Virus record (IMG/VR): IMGVR_UViG_3300025018_000091
Source of the DNA: a virus
Lineage: Duplodnaviria > Caudoviricetes
Reading direction: 5' to 3' (one strand)
Length of the DNA: 64,000 nt
Numbering within the stretch: the stretch's first letter is position 1; every line of letters starts with the position of its first letter. The notes under the pieces were generated by a model. The model saw nothing but the letters and a program-made list of their open reading frames with translations, was not told the origin of the DNA and ran no database searches. The position numbers were made by a program, and so were the translations under genes. Shown here one piece after another: positions 62,368-64,000 of this stretch.

Positions 62368-63552
62368 TCAGGCAAACTTAAGAAGAAATTTCCTATAGTT
62401 TATTAAAACTGCAGAACTGGTTATTACTGAATAAGATGACTCTTTATTAATAACTACATTGGCATTGATATTAATACCTCCAACTTTTGATGTGGCTATT
62501 TTAAATACATCTGCTAAAGAAGAGGCTAATTGTTGAATAGTATTAGCGCACAAATCTTTTGGTCCCTGAATATCACATTGTACTTCTACATTTTTGTCAT
62601 CAGTATGAATATGTGCATTAGCTATTAATTCTTCTTCTAATGCCGAACACAAAATGCGCCCAAACTCTATTGCATGATTAGTTTCTTTTGCTGATATTGG
62701 AATAACAAAATGATACGTAGGTAATAAAGCCTTGTATAATTGTTTGTGATGTTTCTCTGAAACACGAACTTGTTGTAATAACTGGTCTACTAATGACGTA
62801 ACATTATCGGGAGTAGTGTTTGTATTTTGAGGATTTATATATGTACCCATTAATTGCTCCCATCTATCATCATCTGTTGTACTTGCCGGTTCTTGTACCG
62901 CCAGAGTTTGCACTGGTGTTTCTTCTGTAGATGGTGCTTTTTTAGATTTTTTTGACCACACTTTTACACCGGCTAAATAAGATTCTACTGGCGCAGTAAA
63001 ATAACGATTGTTTTTTAATTCAGTAACAAATCCAGTAATGTCACCTTCTTTAGCCTTTTCAACAGCAGAAGGAAATTTTTCTTTTAATAAACGAGCCCAA
63101 TCAGAAACCCCCTCTTCCAATGTATCATAAGCTCGAAATAAACTATTAAGATAATATTTTTGCTTTTGCTTGTCATATTCATGAGCCAATAATATAATAA
63201 CATCACCTTTCCAATATTGATTTGGAGAACCAGCTGCCATTAAATTTCCAACATTATTATTATGTAATGCTCTAAATCCTGTTTCCATTCCAAGTTGACC
63301 CATTAAAATATCAACAGTAGCATCAACATTATCTTTAACACCTAACATTTGCATAGCCGCATTTTTTACAGCAGATCGTATAGTAGAAACATTTGGAGGA
63401 TTAGTTTCTTTTTTTACAACTCTCCATCCATTTTTATTAGCACGATTTATTGCATCTTGACTGGTATTTCTAATATCTTTGTCAACAAACCCAATACTTA
63501 ACAAATTGAATTCATCTAATTTTTTATAGAACATAGAGTCTAATTTAGTCAT
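62368..63552 (-). CDS. Virion-associated lysin with a GH73 (FlgJ/glucosaminidase-like) domain
   Basis: GQLGMETG...NNVGNL...FRAYDTLEEGVSDWARLL...LKNNRYFTAP..Y matches the GH73 catalytic Glu, FRxY and YxT motifs. Confidence 0.7.
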   Translation of the reverse strand: MTKLDSMFYKKLDEFNLLSIGFVDKDIRNTSQDAINRANKNGWRVVKKETNPPNVSTIRSAVKNAAMQMLGVKDNVDATVDILMGQLGMETGFRALHNNNVGNLMAAGSPNQYWKGDVIILLAHEYDKQKQKYYLNSLFRAYDTLEEGVSDWARLLKEKFPSAVEKAKEGDITGFVTELKNNRYFTAPVESYLAGVKVWSKKSKKAPSTEETPVQTLAVQEPASTTDDDRWEQLMGTYINPQNTNTTPDNVTSLVDQLLQQVRVSEKHHKQLYKALLPTYHFVIPISAKETNHAIEFGRILCSALEEELIANAHIHTDDKNVEVQCDIQGPKDLCANTIQQLASSLADVFKIATSKVGGININANVVINKESSYSVITSSAVLINYRKFLLKFA

Positions 63553-63553
63553 T

Positions 63554-64000
63554 TTATACCTTAATAGAGTTAACTACATTAATTAGATGTTCATAAAATA
63601 ATGGGTCTGAATCTTCAATAGAATTAGCATACTTCATAATAATTTTTGATAAAATTATTGGATGTTCTCCAGACATAGATTCTAAAGATTCAACAAATTT
63701 ACTGTGTGCTCTCGGTGGTTTCAATGGTTTATTTTGTAGAATTACATCCAACGGATGTAATTTTGATTCTATTTCTGATTTTTTTTCCGGTGATAATGCT
63801 GGATTAAAAACAGTATTTGCTGGAGCTGTTGGTGGTTGTACTGGTGCTGCCGGTGCTGGTGCTGCTGGTGCTGCTGGTGCTGCTGGTGGAGCTTTAGGAG
63901 AATCAGGTCTAACTAATCCTCTTGGCGCACCGACAAATCCTGATGGAAAAGATGGATTTTGAAATAGAGACATTTCACTACTTCCATCAGATGGCACCAC
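63554..64000 (-). CDS. 3' part of a Pro/Ala-rich protein (starts beyond the window)
   Basis: Open frame to the window edge; APPAAPAAPAAPAP linker. Confidence 0.7.
   Translation of the reverse strand: MVPSDGSSEMSLFQNPSFPSGFVGAPRGLVRPDSPKAPPAAPAAPAAPAPAAPVQPPTAPANTVFNPALSPEKKSEIESKLHPLDVILQNKPLKPPRAHSKFVESLESMSGEHPIILSKIIMKYANSIEDSDPLFYEHLINVVNSIKV

Overview
AT-rich, densely coding segment of a large tailed bacteriophage genome (contractile-tailed, jumbo-phage-like). It holds almost the whole virion morphogenesis region, read mainly on the minus strand. In transcription order (64000 toward 1): a block of probable internal head proteins, including a GH73-like lysin and a Cys-based protein phosphatase; a 1190-aa prohead protease/scaffold fusion; more internal proteins; two paralogous decoration-like proteins; the HK97-type major capsid protein; three Thr-rich collagen-like fibre genes; an eight-gene glycosylation island (three glycosyltransferase genes carrying four GT domains, dTDP-glucose 4,6-dehydratase, sugar C-methyltransferase, cupin, two other methyltransferase genes) followed by a Gfo/Idh/MocA reductase and a patatin phospholipase; cold-shock protein; neck/adaptor genes; holin-like gene; a 1963-aa beta-helix tailspike-like protein; tail completion protein, sheath, tube, a tail chaperone with a -1 frameshift site, and the start of the probable tape measure gene. 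Six endonuclease genes (4 HNH-type, GIY-YIG, a 5'-truncated LAGLIDADG) and a CCA-adding enzyme are interspersed. No tRNA, rRNA or CRISPR array was seen. The most notable candidates are: (1) a self-contained virion glycosylation system adjoining Gly-X-Thr collagen fibres; (2) a DGY tripeptide found 27 times in nine probable outer virion proteins and not seen elsewhere; (3) a K-x-A motif near the N-terminus of about 12 head-module proteins, suggesting a protease-processed capsid cargo that includes enzymes. All family calls come from motif recognition by eye; no database searches were run.
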